From an uncultured Alphaproteobacteria bacterium (GTDB taxonomy: Bacteria; Pseudomonadota; Alphaproteobacteria; Rhizobiales; Xanthobacteraceae), in assembly GCA_963843225.1 (NCBI GenBank), contig CAWJJT010000009.1:62916-126915 (forward strand): 64,000 nucleotides of DNA. The letters are read 5' to 3'. This document shows, one piece after another, positions 1-9,348 of this stretch; positions within the stretch are counted from its first letter, which is position 1, and each line of letters opens with the position of its first letter. The notes below the pieces were generated by a model that did no database searches, was not told where the DNA came from, and saw only the letters and a list, made by a program, of their open reading frames with translations. Made by a program: the position numbers and the translations under genes.

Positions 1-227
1 ATCACCTGCCGGAACGACAGGATGGTGCCGATGAACAGCACCGCGCCGATCAGCGCGTTGAGGCCGGGATTGGCGAAGAACGCCACCACGATCTGCTTGT
101 AGAGCACGACGGCGACCAGCGCGCACAGCACCAGGAAGACCAGCATCCGCACCAGGAAAATCCGCGGCGAGGACAGTTTGGCGATTTCGATCTCCATCGC
201 GGAGCGGGAACTGGGACCTGTTGCCAT
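1..227 (-). CDS. MotA/TolQ/ExbB-like membrane protein, N-terminal part (runs off window start)
   Basis: Manual translation from ATG at 227: MATGPSSRSAMEIEIAKLSSPRIFLVRMLVFLVLCALVAVVLYKQIVVAFFANPGLNALIGAVLFIGTILSFRQV; two TM segments and the NPGLNALI motif of the rhizobial MotA-like family. Confidence 0.65.
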   Translation of the reverse strand, partial: MATGPSSRSAMEIEIAKLSSPRIFLVRMLVFLVLCALVAVVLYKQIVVAFFANPGLNALIGAVLFIGTILSFRQV

Positions 228-407
228 TGCCGATCTATCCGTTGCGAGGAGCCGTTTCGGGACACCAATATGGCACAGCGCGCCCGGGATTAAAGCCAGT
301 TGCCGTCCGATTGAGGCGGAAAAGGGAACTTCGGTGTGAAACCGGGCTTGGTGCTTGTGCGTATTTCACAAATCTTCGGCGTCTGAGGCGGTTAGCGGAT
401 TCTTTGC

Positions 408-1221
408 ATGACGGTTGGGTATCTCGCGGCTTTGGCCGGGATCGCGGTGTCGCTGTCGATCCTGATGGCGATCGCCTGGATGGTGCAGCAGCGCAGCGGC
501 AATTCCGGCTGGGTCGATACCATCTGGACGTTTGCCGTCGGGCTCACGGGCGTCGGCAGCGCGCTGTGGCCGATCGCAGGCGCGGCGCCGAACCCGCGGC
601 AATGGCTGGTCGCGGGTCTGGTGGCGGTCTGGTCGCTGCGGCTCGGCGTGCACATCGCCCGGCGCACAGCCGGGATATCGGATGATCCGCGCTACGCCGC
701 GTTTGCCCGCGACTGGGGCCGCGATGCGCCGCGCAAGATGTTCATCTTTCTGCAAAATCAGGGTCTTGGGTCGATCCCGCTGGTGTTTGCGATTTTTCTG
801 GCGGCGCGGTTTCCGCGCCGACGCGTTACGGTTGCAGGATTATCTGGGCGCGCTGATCCTGTTGGCAGGCATCGCCGGCGAAGCGCTGGCCGACGCGCAA
901 CTGAAGAAGTTCCGTAACGATCCCGCCAACAAGGGCCGGGTCTGCGATGTCGGATTGTGGCGCTGGTCGCGCCATCCCAATTATTTCTTCGAATGGCTGG
1001 GCTGGCTGGCCTATCCGGTGATCGCGATCTCGCCGCATTACGCATGGGGCTGGGTGGCGCTGCTGGCGCCGGCCTTCATGTACTGGATCCTGGTGCACGT
1101 CACCGGCATCCCGCCGCTGGAAGCGCAGATGCTGCGTTCGCGCGGCGAGCGCTACCGCGACTACCAGGCGCGCACGTCGGCGTTCTTTCCGCTGCCGCCG
1201 CACAAGGGAGTGGTCACATGA
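408..1221 (+). CDS. DUF1295 / steroid 5-alpha-reductase-like membrane protein (frameshift near 815)
   Basis: ORF 408-917 (NSGWVDTIW, WSLRLG, DDPRY) joined to ORF ending 1221 (GLWRWSRHPNYFFEW, TGIPPLE, YRDYQARTSAFFP). Confidence 0.85.
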
Positions 1222-2243
1222 GCGTGGTCTCCAGAATGATCGGAACCGCCGAACGGGTGCCGCTGCCCGATCTCGTCATTCGCGCCGCCGTGGCGCGGCT
1301 GTGCTCGCGCACCGCGATGCGACTTGCGAACGGCAATGCCGAAAGCGACGCCTGTTTTGCCGACGAGATGGCGGCCCGCGCCATTGCCGAGCATACCGAG
1401 GCGGCCAACGCGCAGCATTACGAGGTGCCGGCGGCGTTCTTTGCCAAAGTGCTCGGCCCCAATCGCAAATACTCCTCGTGTTTTTACAAGGAGCAGCAAT
1501 CCACGCTGCAGGAAGCCGAGGAGGAAGCGCTGCGCCAGAGCGTCGATCACGCCGATCTCGCCGATGGCCAGTCGATCCTCGAACTCGGCTGCGGCTGGGG
1601 TTCGCTGTCGCTCTGGATGGCGCGGCAGTTTCCGCGCGCGCGGGTGACCGCGGTGTCGAATTCGCACAGCCAGCGGCAATATATCGAGGCCGAGGCCGCC
1701 GCGCGCGGCCTGAACAACCTGCTGGTGGTCACCGCCGACATGAACGGGTTCGATCCGCAAGCGCGGTTCGACCGCATCGTGTCGGTGGAGATGTTCGAGC
1801 ACATCATGAACTGGCGCGAATTGCTGAAGCGCGTGCGGTCATGGCTGGCGCCGGACGGCCGCTTCTTCATGCATGTCTTCACCCACCGCACTGGGGCCTA
1901 TCTGTTCGATCGCGCCGATCGCGACGACTGGATCGCGCAGCATTTCTTCACCGGCGGCGTGATGCCGAGCCATCATCTGATCCGGCAATACGGCGACTTG
2001 TTCGAGGTCGAAAAGGAATGGCGCTGGAGCGGGGCGCATTACCAGCGCACCGCGCTCGACTGGCTCGGCAATTTCGATTCCCGCCGCGACGAGATCGAGG
2101 CCGTGCTTCGCGACGTCTATGGCGCCGACACCGGCATCTGGATGCGGCGCTGGCGCTGGTTCTTCCTCGCAACCGCTGGCCTGTTCGGCCACGCCGGCGG
2201 CAGCGAATGGGGCGTCAGCCATTACCGGATGAAGACGGTCTAG
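1218..2243 (+). CDS. Cyclopropane-fatty-acyl-phospholipid synthase-like SAM-dependent methyltransferase
   Basis: ANAQHYE, KYSSC, ILELGCGWG SAM motif, SVEMFEH, FFTGGVMPS; ATG at 1218 overlaps upstream stop (ATGA). Confidence 0.9.
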   Translation: MSVVSRMIGTAERVPLPDLVIRAAVARLCSRTAMRLANGNAESDACFADEMAARAIAEHTEAANAQHYEVPAAFFAKVLGPNRKYSSCFYKEQQSTLQEAEEEALRQSVDHADLADGQSILELGCGWGSLSLWMARQFPRARVTAVSNSHSQRQYIEAEAAARGLNNLLVVTADMNGFDPQARFDRIVSVEMFEHIMNWRELLKRVRSWLAPDGRFFMHVFTHRTGAYLFDRADRDDWIAQHFFTGGVMPSHHLIRQYGDLFEVEKEWRWSGAHYQRTALDWLGNFDSRRDEIEAVLRDVYGADTGIWMRRWRWFFLATAGLFGHAGGSEWGVSHYRMKTV

Positions 2244-2301
2244 CGGCCGACGTGCGCAGCCTCCTTCGAGAGACTGCGGCTTGCGGAATGAGCATCAGCG
2301 G

Positions 2302-3264
2302 TCAAACTCCCCTAAGGAACTCGATCAACGATGCATTGACTTCATCGGGCCGCTCTTGCTGGGTCCAATGCCCACAACCCGGGAGCATGATGGTGTTTCG
2401 GAGTTGAGGCACGAATTGGCGCAAGTTCGGTATCAGCTTGTCCATTCCGGGAAAGCGAACCACGGGATCGCGGTCGCCGGCCATGTATAATGCGGGAACG
2501 TTCACCTTGGCTCCTGCCCATGGCGCGAGCAACGACCAGTTGCGATCGACGTTTCGGTACCAATTCAGGCCGCCACGAAAACCGGTTCGGCCGAGTTCGC
2601 TCGCATAGAATTCGATGTCGGCTTCCGTAATCCAGGACGGAAGATTTCCTGCCGGCGGGCTTTTCGATTGCAGCCAACCCCCCGTTCGCGAAGCCATCAT
2701 GGCTCCGACCGGGTCCGCGCTCATGCCGAGAAGGACGGTGCTGACCAGTCGCTTCGGATCTCGTTCGAATTCAGCTTCCGCGACGCCGGGTTGCTGAAAG
2801 TACAGTTGGTAGAAAATGGCCTCGTCGGTCTGCGGCATGACGCTGGTGGGCGGGACCTCGCCGCGTGGACGAAATGGAACGCTGAGCCCGGCGACCGCTC
2901 TGAACTTGTCGGGCCGAAACAGCGCCGAATGCCACGCGACCGGTGCGCCCCAATCGTGACCCACGATGGCTGCATCCTTGTAGCCAAGCGCATCGACAAG
3001 ACCGATCATGTCGCCGGCCAGATGAAAAAGCGTGTATTGGTCGATCGCATCCGGCTTGTCGGTTTGGCCATAGCCGCGCATATCCGGCGCAACGGCGCAG
3101 TAGCCCGCTTCTGCCAATGCCTTGAGCTGATGTCGCCACGAATACCAGGATTCGGGCAAGCCATGACACAGCAGCACTAGCGGGCCTTCGCCTGCCACCG
3201 CGACGTGCATCTTGATTCCATTGGTGGTCAGGAACTTGTGCGCGAATTCCAAAGCAGCCTCCAT
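2302..3264 (-). CDS. Epoxide hydrolase-like alpha/beta hydrolase
   Basis: HGLPESWYSWRHQ, APDMRGYG, GHDWGA nucleophile elbow, GGLNWYRN, GHWTQQERP. Confidence 0.9.
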   Translation of the reverse strand: MEAALEFAHKFLTTNGIKMHVAVAGEGPLVLLCHGLPESWYSWRHQLKALAEAGYCAVAPDMRGYGQTDKPDAIDQYTLFHLAGDMIGLVDALGYKDAAIVGHDWGAPVAWHSALFRPDKFRAVAGLSVPFRPRGEVPPTSVMPQTDEAIFYQLYFQQPGVAEAEFERDPKRLVSTVLLGMSADPVGAMMASRTGGWLQSKSPPAGNLPSWITEADIEFYASELGRTGFRGGLNWYRNVDRNWSLLAPWAGAKVNVPALYMAGDRDPVVRFPGMDKLIPNLRQFVPQLRNTIMLPGCGHWTQQERPDEVNASLIEFLRGV

Positions 3265-3310
3265 CAGATTTGCAATGAAGCTTCCAAATGTCTCGCTTGT
3301 CGAACGAAAT

Positions 3311-3341
3311 GGATCGGTTCAGATTCAATCAGAACCGATCC
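3311..3341. repeat. Perfect 10-bp inverted repeat (GGATCGGTTC-11 nt-GAACCGATCC); possible small repeat/MITE remnant or terminator
   Basis: Read directly from sequence; next to the CTAG that supplies the stop codon of 3346-3936. Confidence 0.5.
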
Positions 3342-3345
3342 TGTT

Positions 3346-3936
3346 CTAGCCTAGTGAAGCGCAGGCAAAACACCATTGCCACCGGCCGTCGCCGGAGGAT
3401 TGGCGTTCACCGACGTACAAATTGCCGCCGACGGCATCGTGCAGGCGTTCGATCCGGGCCTCGATCGAGAGCACGATCGGGCAGACCATGACGCCGAGAA
3501 GCACCTGGAGCGGGGCGAAGCGCGCCAGCAGCTTTGCCTTGTCGAGCTTGGCGCCGACCGACGGCAACGGCGCCACCTCGTCGAAAACCTTGAGCTCGAT
3601 GACTGCCGCCGGGCGATCGTCCCGGTAGATCGCGATGTCGGCGCGCTGTCCGCCGAACGCGGTGATCAACTCGGCCGTGATATCCACCCCGAGGTCGACC
3701 GCCATGGCGGCATAGAGTCGATCGACATGGACCCTGCAAGCCAACCGATCGTGAAGACGCGAGGCGATCTGGCCGCGCAGAAAGCTCTCGGGCACTTCGT
3801 TATCGTGTCTGGTCCCGGCCATCTCCCGATATCGAAGCGCTGCCTCGGTCGCGAACTCGACCACCGCTTTCTCGATCTCCAAGCGCTCATCCTCCCCTGA
3901 CGCAAGGCAGTATGATCGAGGTTTCGAGGCCGGCAA
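3346..3936 (-). CDS. Hypothetical protein with PD-(D/E)xK nuclease-like motif
   Basis: 196-aa ORF containing GGQRADIAIYRDDRPAAVIELK (D...ExK); start codon uncertain. Confidence 0.5.
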   Translation of the reverse strand: MPASKPRSYCLASGEDERLEIEKAVVEFATEAALRYREMAGTRHDNEVPESFLRGQIASRLHDRLACRVHVDRLYAAMAVDLGVDITAELITAFGGQRADIAIYRDDRPAAVIELKVFDEVAPLPSVGAKLDKAKLLARFAPLQVLLGVMVCPIVLSIEARIERLHDAVGGNLYVGERQSSGDGRWQWCFACASLG

Positions 3937-3978
3937 AGCTGGAATTTATGGGACGGCAACTGCCCCGCGGATGGAGTT

Positions 3979-4794
3979 TCAGCCTGTCTCGCTGATCCGC
4001 GCGATGTAGCGCGCGACCGACGCGGCGAGCACCTGCTTGCCGTTGGCGTCGATCTGCCCGCGGCCCGAAAACGCGCCGTAGATCGCGTCGAATGCGAAAG
4101 GCTCCAGGATCTCGGCGATCCGCTGCACCTTGGCGGCGGAAAGCGGGATCAGGTTCGGGTAGGACCACATGAAGCTGACATGCCCGCTCGGGACCACCTG
4201 AAGTATGTCGCCGGAGAGCACGACGCCGCGGCCTTCGCCCCAGTCCGCCCAGTGCAGCACGGTGCCGCCGTCGAAATGTCCTCCAAGGCGAACCAGCGTC
4301 AGGCCCGGTGCGATTGATTTGGTGACTCCCTCCCAGAACTGCACCGCGGGGTCCGCCCGCATCACCCACTGACGATCAGCCGCGTGGAGATGGATCGGCG
4401 CATCCCCGAGCGCGCGGCTCCACTCCACCATGGTCGTGTAGTAGTGCGGGTGGGAGATCGCGATCGCCGCGACGCCACCGAGAGCCTTCAGCAAATCGAT
4501 CGTGGCGTCGTCGATCAGGGCGATGCAGTCCCACAGCACGTTGCCGGCCGGCGTGCGCGCAAGGATCGCGCGTTGCCTGATGCCGAACGCAGGCGTGGTC
4601 TCGATGGTCATCAGCCCTGGCGCAAGGCGCCGGAAAACGTTGCTGTGCGCGCTCCGTAGCCCTTCCAGCGTGGTCCAGGATTGGCCCGACGCCGGCACGT
4701 ACTGCCGCTCGTCGATGCAGATCGGACACGCACCGGGCGGAGCCTCGGAGGGCGGATACTGCGTTCCGCAAGCGGTGCAGATGAAGGCTGGCAT
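3979..4794 (-). CDS. MBL-fold metallo-hydrolase
   Basis: MPAFICTACGTQY...CPICIDERQY, ISHPHYY, GGHFDG, LSGD, SFMWSYPNLIPL. Confidence 0.85.
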   Translation of the reverse strand: MPAFICTACGTQYPPSEAPPGACPICIDERQYVPASGQSWTTLEGLRSAHSNVFRRLAPGLMTIETTPAFGIRQRAILARTPAGNVLWDCIALIDDATIDLLKALGGVAAIAISHPHYYTTMVEWSRALGDAPIHLHAADRQWVMRADPAVQFWEGVTKSIAPGLTLVRLGGHFDGGTVLHWADWGEGRGVVLSGDILQVVPSGHVSFMWSYPNLIPLSAAKVQRIAEILEPFAFDAIYGAFSGRGQIDANGKQVLAASVARYIARISETG

Positions 4795-4958
4795 GCGGGC
4801 AGGATACACCGTGGTCGCCGTGACGACCACTCCAATCGCGCGGTTTCGAGCGTTCGCCGGGCATTTGCGCGCCCGTCCTTGCAGGCGGCTGACCGGGAGG
4901 CCCTTGTAACAAGGGCATCGGAGCGCAAAGATCACCTTCTTCTCTCCGAAGGCATTCC

Positions 4959-6189
4959 ATGTCGGTTGAGCGCGTAGAGACACTCATCGTGGGCGGCGGC
5001 CAGGCCGGGCTGGCGATGAGCCACATGCTGACCCGGCGCGGCTGCCCGCATCTCGTGCTCGAGCGTGACAGGATCGCCGAACGTTGGCGGACCGAACGCT
5101 GGGACGGCCTGCGGTTTCAGTTTCCCAACTGGTCTATTCAACTGCCGGATTTCCCGTTTACCCACGCCGATCCCGACGGCTTTGCGACCAGCGGCGAGAT
5201 CGTGGATTTCATAACGGCCTATGCCGCCTTCATCGCAGCCCCGGTTCGCTGCGGCGTCTCGGTCATCGCGTTGCGAGGCCGCGCTGGCGGGACCGGCTTC
5301 GCGGCGGAGACGTCGGACGGCCCGATCGAAGCCGACAATGTCATCGTCGCCACCGGGCCTTATCAGCGCCCGGTCGTTCCGGCGCTGTTGGGCGATGAGG
5401 CCGGCCTCTTTCAACTGCACGCCAGCCAATACAGAAACCCCGTGCAGCTTCCCTCAGGCAGTGTGCTGGTGGTCGGTTCGGGCGCTTCTGGCGCGCAAAT
5501 CGCCGAGGAACTGTTCCGTGCCGGCCGCCGTGTCTATCTCTGCGTCGGACGGCACACCCGGCTGCCGCGCCGATACCGCGGACGCGATCTGATCTGGTGG
5601 CTCAGCGTCATGGGTCTCGATCGAACCCCGGCGGAGCAGCGCGGACCGGATCGAGCAAACCCGCTGATAACAGGCGCGTTCGGAGGCAATACCATCGATT
5701 TCCGACGCTTTGCCGCGGAGGGCGTCACGTTGTTGGGCCGGATGCAGGCCGTGCATGACGGGGTCGTGGACCTCGCGCCGGACCTCGGAAAACGGCTCGC
5801 GTATGGAGACAATTACTACGCGACGTTTCTCGACATGGCCGACGCTCATGTCGAACGCCACGGCCTGGAGATGCCGGAAGACACTGCGGCCCGCGCCGTC
5901 CTGCCGGACCCGCCTTGCGTTGTCGAACCGCTCGCGCAGCTTGATTTGCACGCGGCGGATATCGGCACGGTGATCTGGGCCACGGGCTATGACCATGACT
6001 TCGGTTGGATCGATCTTCCGGTGCTCACCATGCTGCGGAGAGCCTGTTCACCGCCAAGGCATAACCGAGGTGCCGGGAATGTATTTTCTGGGCTTGCGAT
6101 GGCTATCCAATCTCAACTCGTCGTTGTTGTCCGGTGTCGGTGAAGACGCCGCCCGGATCGCCGATCACATCGCCGCGCGAACGCGCTGA
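4959..6189 (+). CDS. Flavin-containing monooxygenase / NAD(P)-FAD oxidoreductase (frameshift near 6030)
   Basis: IVGGGQAG FAD motif, RWDGL, LHASQYRNP, VVGSGASGAQIAEE, IWATGY; C-terminus GEPVHRQGITEVPGMYFLGL in ORF 5989-6189. Confidence 0.85.
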
Positions 6190-6318
6190 ACACGCGGGAT
6201 CAGCGGGCATTTGTCGAGATCATTGATCGCGCGATGGCACGGCCCGGTTCTGGAATTGCGCCGCAAACCGGATAGGAACCTCTTGAAGATCGAACTTATC
6301 CGGATCAGAGATTTGTCC

Positions 6319-6951
6319 ATGCTGACTTTCGACCACCTCACCGTTGCCGCGCTGACGCTCGAACAGGGTGTCGCCCATATCGAACGCGCATTGGGCGTGG
6401 TGATTCCGGCCGGCGGAGCCCATCCGCTGATGGGCACACACAACCATCTCATGCGGCTGGGTGAGGGGGCTTTTCTTGAGTTGATCGCGCCCGATCCGGC
6501 GGTCACGCCGCAGCGGGTGCGCTGGTTCGGGCTTGACGATCCGGCCATGCGCAAAAGTCTTCAGGACTCGCCGCGGCTCGTCAATTGGGTGGCCCGCGTT
6601 CCCGATATCAGGCACGCGCTGGGCGCGATCGATGGCGCACAGGGTGAAGCCGTGCGCGTGACGCGCGGTGAGTTGTCGTGGCTGATCTCGGTGCCGCCGG
6701 ATGGCTCGTTGCCGTTCGATGGCGCCTTTCCCACGCTGATCGAATGGCCGCCCGGTCCGCATCCGTCGTCGCGCATGACGGATCTCGGCTGCCGCCTCAG
6801 CCGGCTTTCCATCGGGCATCCGCAAGGCGCCCGCCTGCATCAGGCGCTTGCGCCGGTGTTCTCCGATGACCGCGTCGTCATTTCGACGGAAGCGGCAACC
6901 AGACTCCGTGCGACGATCGACACGCCGGCTGGTCCGCGCGAGCTAAGCTGA
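6319..6951 (+). CDS. VOC / glyoxalase-like family protein
   Basis: FDHLTVA, GGAHPLMGTHNHL, FLELIAPDP, FPTLIEW. Confidence 0.85.
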   Translation: MLTFDHLTVAALTLEQGVAHIERALGVVIPAGGAHPLMGTHNHLMRLGEGAFLELIAPDPAVTPQRVRWFGLDDPAMRKSLQDSPRLVNWVARVPDIRHALGAIDGAQGEAVRVTRGELSWLISVPPDGSLPFDGAFPTLIEWPPGPHPSSRMTDLGCRLSRLSIGHPQGARLHQALAPVFSDDRVVISTEAATRLRATIDTPAGPRELS

Positions 6952-6989
6952 CAACATCATCGTTGCAACGACAATGCGGGGGAGGACAC

Positions 6990-7879
6990 ATGCGCAAAGT
7001 CTGGATCGAGGCGGCGCTCAACGGCACCTGGAGCCGCGCGATGCAGCCGGGCATTCCCGATACCATCGAGGCGATTGTCGCGGAGGGCATCGCGTGCGCG
7101 CGCGCCGGCGCCACCATCATCCACACCCATGCCTATGACGGCGGCGGCCCGCAGACTTACGACTGGCAGGTCTATGCGCGCATCATCGAGGGCATCGGGC
7201 GAAGGTGGACGTGCCGGTCTACCCGTCCTACCCGGCGTTCATGACGACGGGGAGCGATACCAGCCCGCTCGCCGATGTTACAGCCCGCTTCGCCCATATC
7301 GAGGCGCTGGCCGCGCGCGGCCTGCTGGAGTTCGCCATTGTCGACCCCGGCAGCGCCAATTTCAGCCGAACGAAGACGACGCCGACCGCAGCGCCGGCGG
7401 GCACCTACATGAATCCCGAAACCCATATCCGCTATGCGCTCGAGCATGCGGCGCGCCATGGTCTTCACCCGGCCTTCGCGATTTACGAGCCTGGCTTCGC
7501 GCGCGCCGGCGCAGCATTGGCGCGGGCGGCCGGCGTCAAGGCGCCGATCTATCGCCTGATGTTCTGCGAGGGGCTTGCCGTCGGCTTTCCGGCAAAGCCG
7601 TACGCGCTGGCGGCCTATGTTTCGCTGCTGGAGGAGGCTGTGGGCGCGGCGCCGTGGATGATCGCCGCCGTGAACGCCGATCTCCGTCCGCTGTTCGCCG
7701 AAACCATCGCGCGCGGTGGTCATATTCGCGTCGGGCTAGAGGACGCGCCGCTCGGCACCTCGACCAGCAATCTCGCTCTCGTCGAAGAGGCGGTGCGGAT
7801 CGTGCGCGATCACGGCGCCGAACCCGCCACGCCTGCGGAGATGCGGCTGGCGCTCGGCGGAATCGCCGGCGGCGGCTGA
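6990..7879 (+). CDS. Beta-keto acid cleavage enzyme (3-keto-5-aminohexanoate cleavage / DUF849 family; frameshift near 7200)
   Basis: IEAALNG, GATIIHTHA (HxH), GGHIRVGLED, SNLALVE; GGAGG RBS before ATG 6990. Confidence 0.85.
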
Positions 7880-8140
7880 CAAAACCGCTTTTGCGAGCGT
7901 ATGCCTGCGATGTCGGGCAAATAGCGCCGCATCACGATCGGGTGAATCGGCCAAAATGCAAAATTGTTCAAGGGGTTGTCATCATGTGACATTGCGCCGC
8001 CTCGAAACGTGTTGCGTTGCAACGGAGCTGATTTAGCCTGTCCCCATCGAAAACGTTCGGATTCGTTCAGCAGACTGCGGCGCAAGTTCGCCGCGGTGAG
8101 CGCTGACGGCTGACTGCATCCATGACTGGGGTCTGACTTG

Positions 8141-9343
8141 ATGAATGGAATTTATGCGCGCGCGGCTCTCGCTGCATTGGTGATGGCTGGTCTCGCGCCT
8201 GTTCTCGCGGGCTGCGACGAGGCCACGCCGGCCCTGGCGACAACCAAGGTCGAGCCGGAAGTCGGAATCATCACGGTGAAGTCGCAGCCGCGCGCAATGG
8301 TGCGCGAATTGCCGGGCCGCATCGCGTCCACCCGCGCCGCCGATGTGAGAAGCCGGGTTTCCGGCATCGTGGTCGAGCGGCTGTTCGAGCAGGGCACCGA
8401 GGTCAAGGCCGGCGAGGTGCTCTATCGCATCGACCCGAAGCCGTTCGAGGTCGAACTGCAATCCAACGAGGCGGCGCTGGCCAAGGCGACCGCGGCGTTC
8501 GATCTGGCCGCGCAGCATGCGAACCGGATCGCGACGCTGTACGGCCAGAAGGCGGTGTCGGAAGCCGAGAACGAAAAGGCCGTCGGCTCGATGCGTCAGG
8601 CACAAGCCGAGGTCGGCTCCCGCCAGGCCGACGTCGCAAGGGCGCGGTTGAATCTCGATTACGCGACCGTCCGTGCGCCGATCAGCGGCATCGTCGGTGC
8701 GGCACTGGTCACCGAAGGTGCATTGGTGGTGCAGAACGAAGCGACGAATCTTGCGACCATCCAGCAGCTCGATCCGATCTACGCCGACTTCACCCAGTCG
8801 GTGGCTGAAATGAACAGGTTGCGGCGCGCCTTCGACAATGGCGATCTCGACCGGATCTCGCCTGACGCGGCCAAGGTCCGGCTCGTGCTGGACGACGGAA
8901 CGGCCTATCCGACGCCCGGCAAGCTGCTGTTTTCGGAATCCAAGGTCGACGCCTACACCGGGCAGGTGACGCTGCGCGCGCAGTTTTCCAATCCGAAGCG
9001 CGAATTGCTGCCGGGCATGTATGTCCGCGTCCTGATCGAGCAGGGCGTCGATTCCGATGCGATCGCGATCCCGCAGCAGGCGATCCAGCGCGACGCCGGT
9101 GGCGGCAGCGGCGTGTTCGTGGTCAAGGACGACGGCCATGTCGCATCGCGCAGCGTCCGCACCGGCGCCATGCAGGACGGTCTCTGGCTGGTGAGCGAGG
9201 GACTGAAGGACGGCGATCGCGTGATCGTCGAGGGTTTCCAGAAATTCGTGCCCGGCGACAAGGTCAGGTCGCAGGCCTGGGTCGACGCCGACGCCTCGGT
9301 CGGTTCGTTGCCCGACCAGCAGATCACGCAGGCCGGCAGGTAA
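8141..9343 (+). CDS. RND efflux periplasmic adaptor subunit (AcrA/MexA family lipoprotein)
   Basis: Lipobox LAGC, ELPGR, VRAPISG, DPIYADFTQS, TGQVTLRAQFSNP, LLPGMYVRV. Confidence 0.93.
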   Translation: MNGIYARAALAALVMAGLAPVLAGCDEATPALATTKVEPEVGIITVKSQPRAMVRELPGRIASTRAADVRSRVSGIVVERLFEQGTEVKAGEVLYRIDPKPFEVELQSNEAALAKATAAFDLAAQHANRIATLYGQKAVSEAENEKAVGSMRQAQAEVGSRQADVARARLNLDYATVRAPISGIVGAALVTEGALVVQNEATNLATIQQLDPIYADFTQSVAEMNRLRRAFDNGDLDRISPDAAKVRLVLDDGTAYPTPGKLLFSESKVDAYTGQVTLRAQFSNPKRELLPGMYVRVLIEQGVDSDAIAIPQQAIQRDAGGGSGVFVVKDDGHVASRSVRTGAMQDGLWLVSEGLKDGDRVIVEGFQKFVPGDKVRSQAWVDADASVGSLPDQQITQAGR

Positions 9344-9348
9344 GTCGG

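Noticed and set aside
6235-6256. TGGCAC as a sigma54 -24 element (also near 270 and 59710)
   Set aside because: No TTGC/GC at the required -12 spacing
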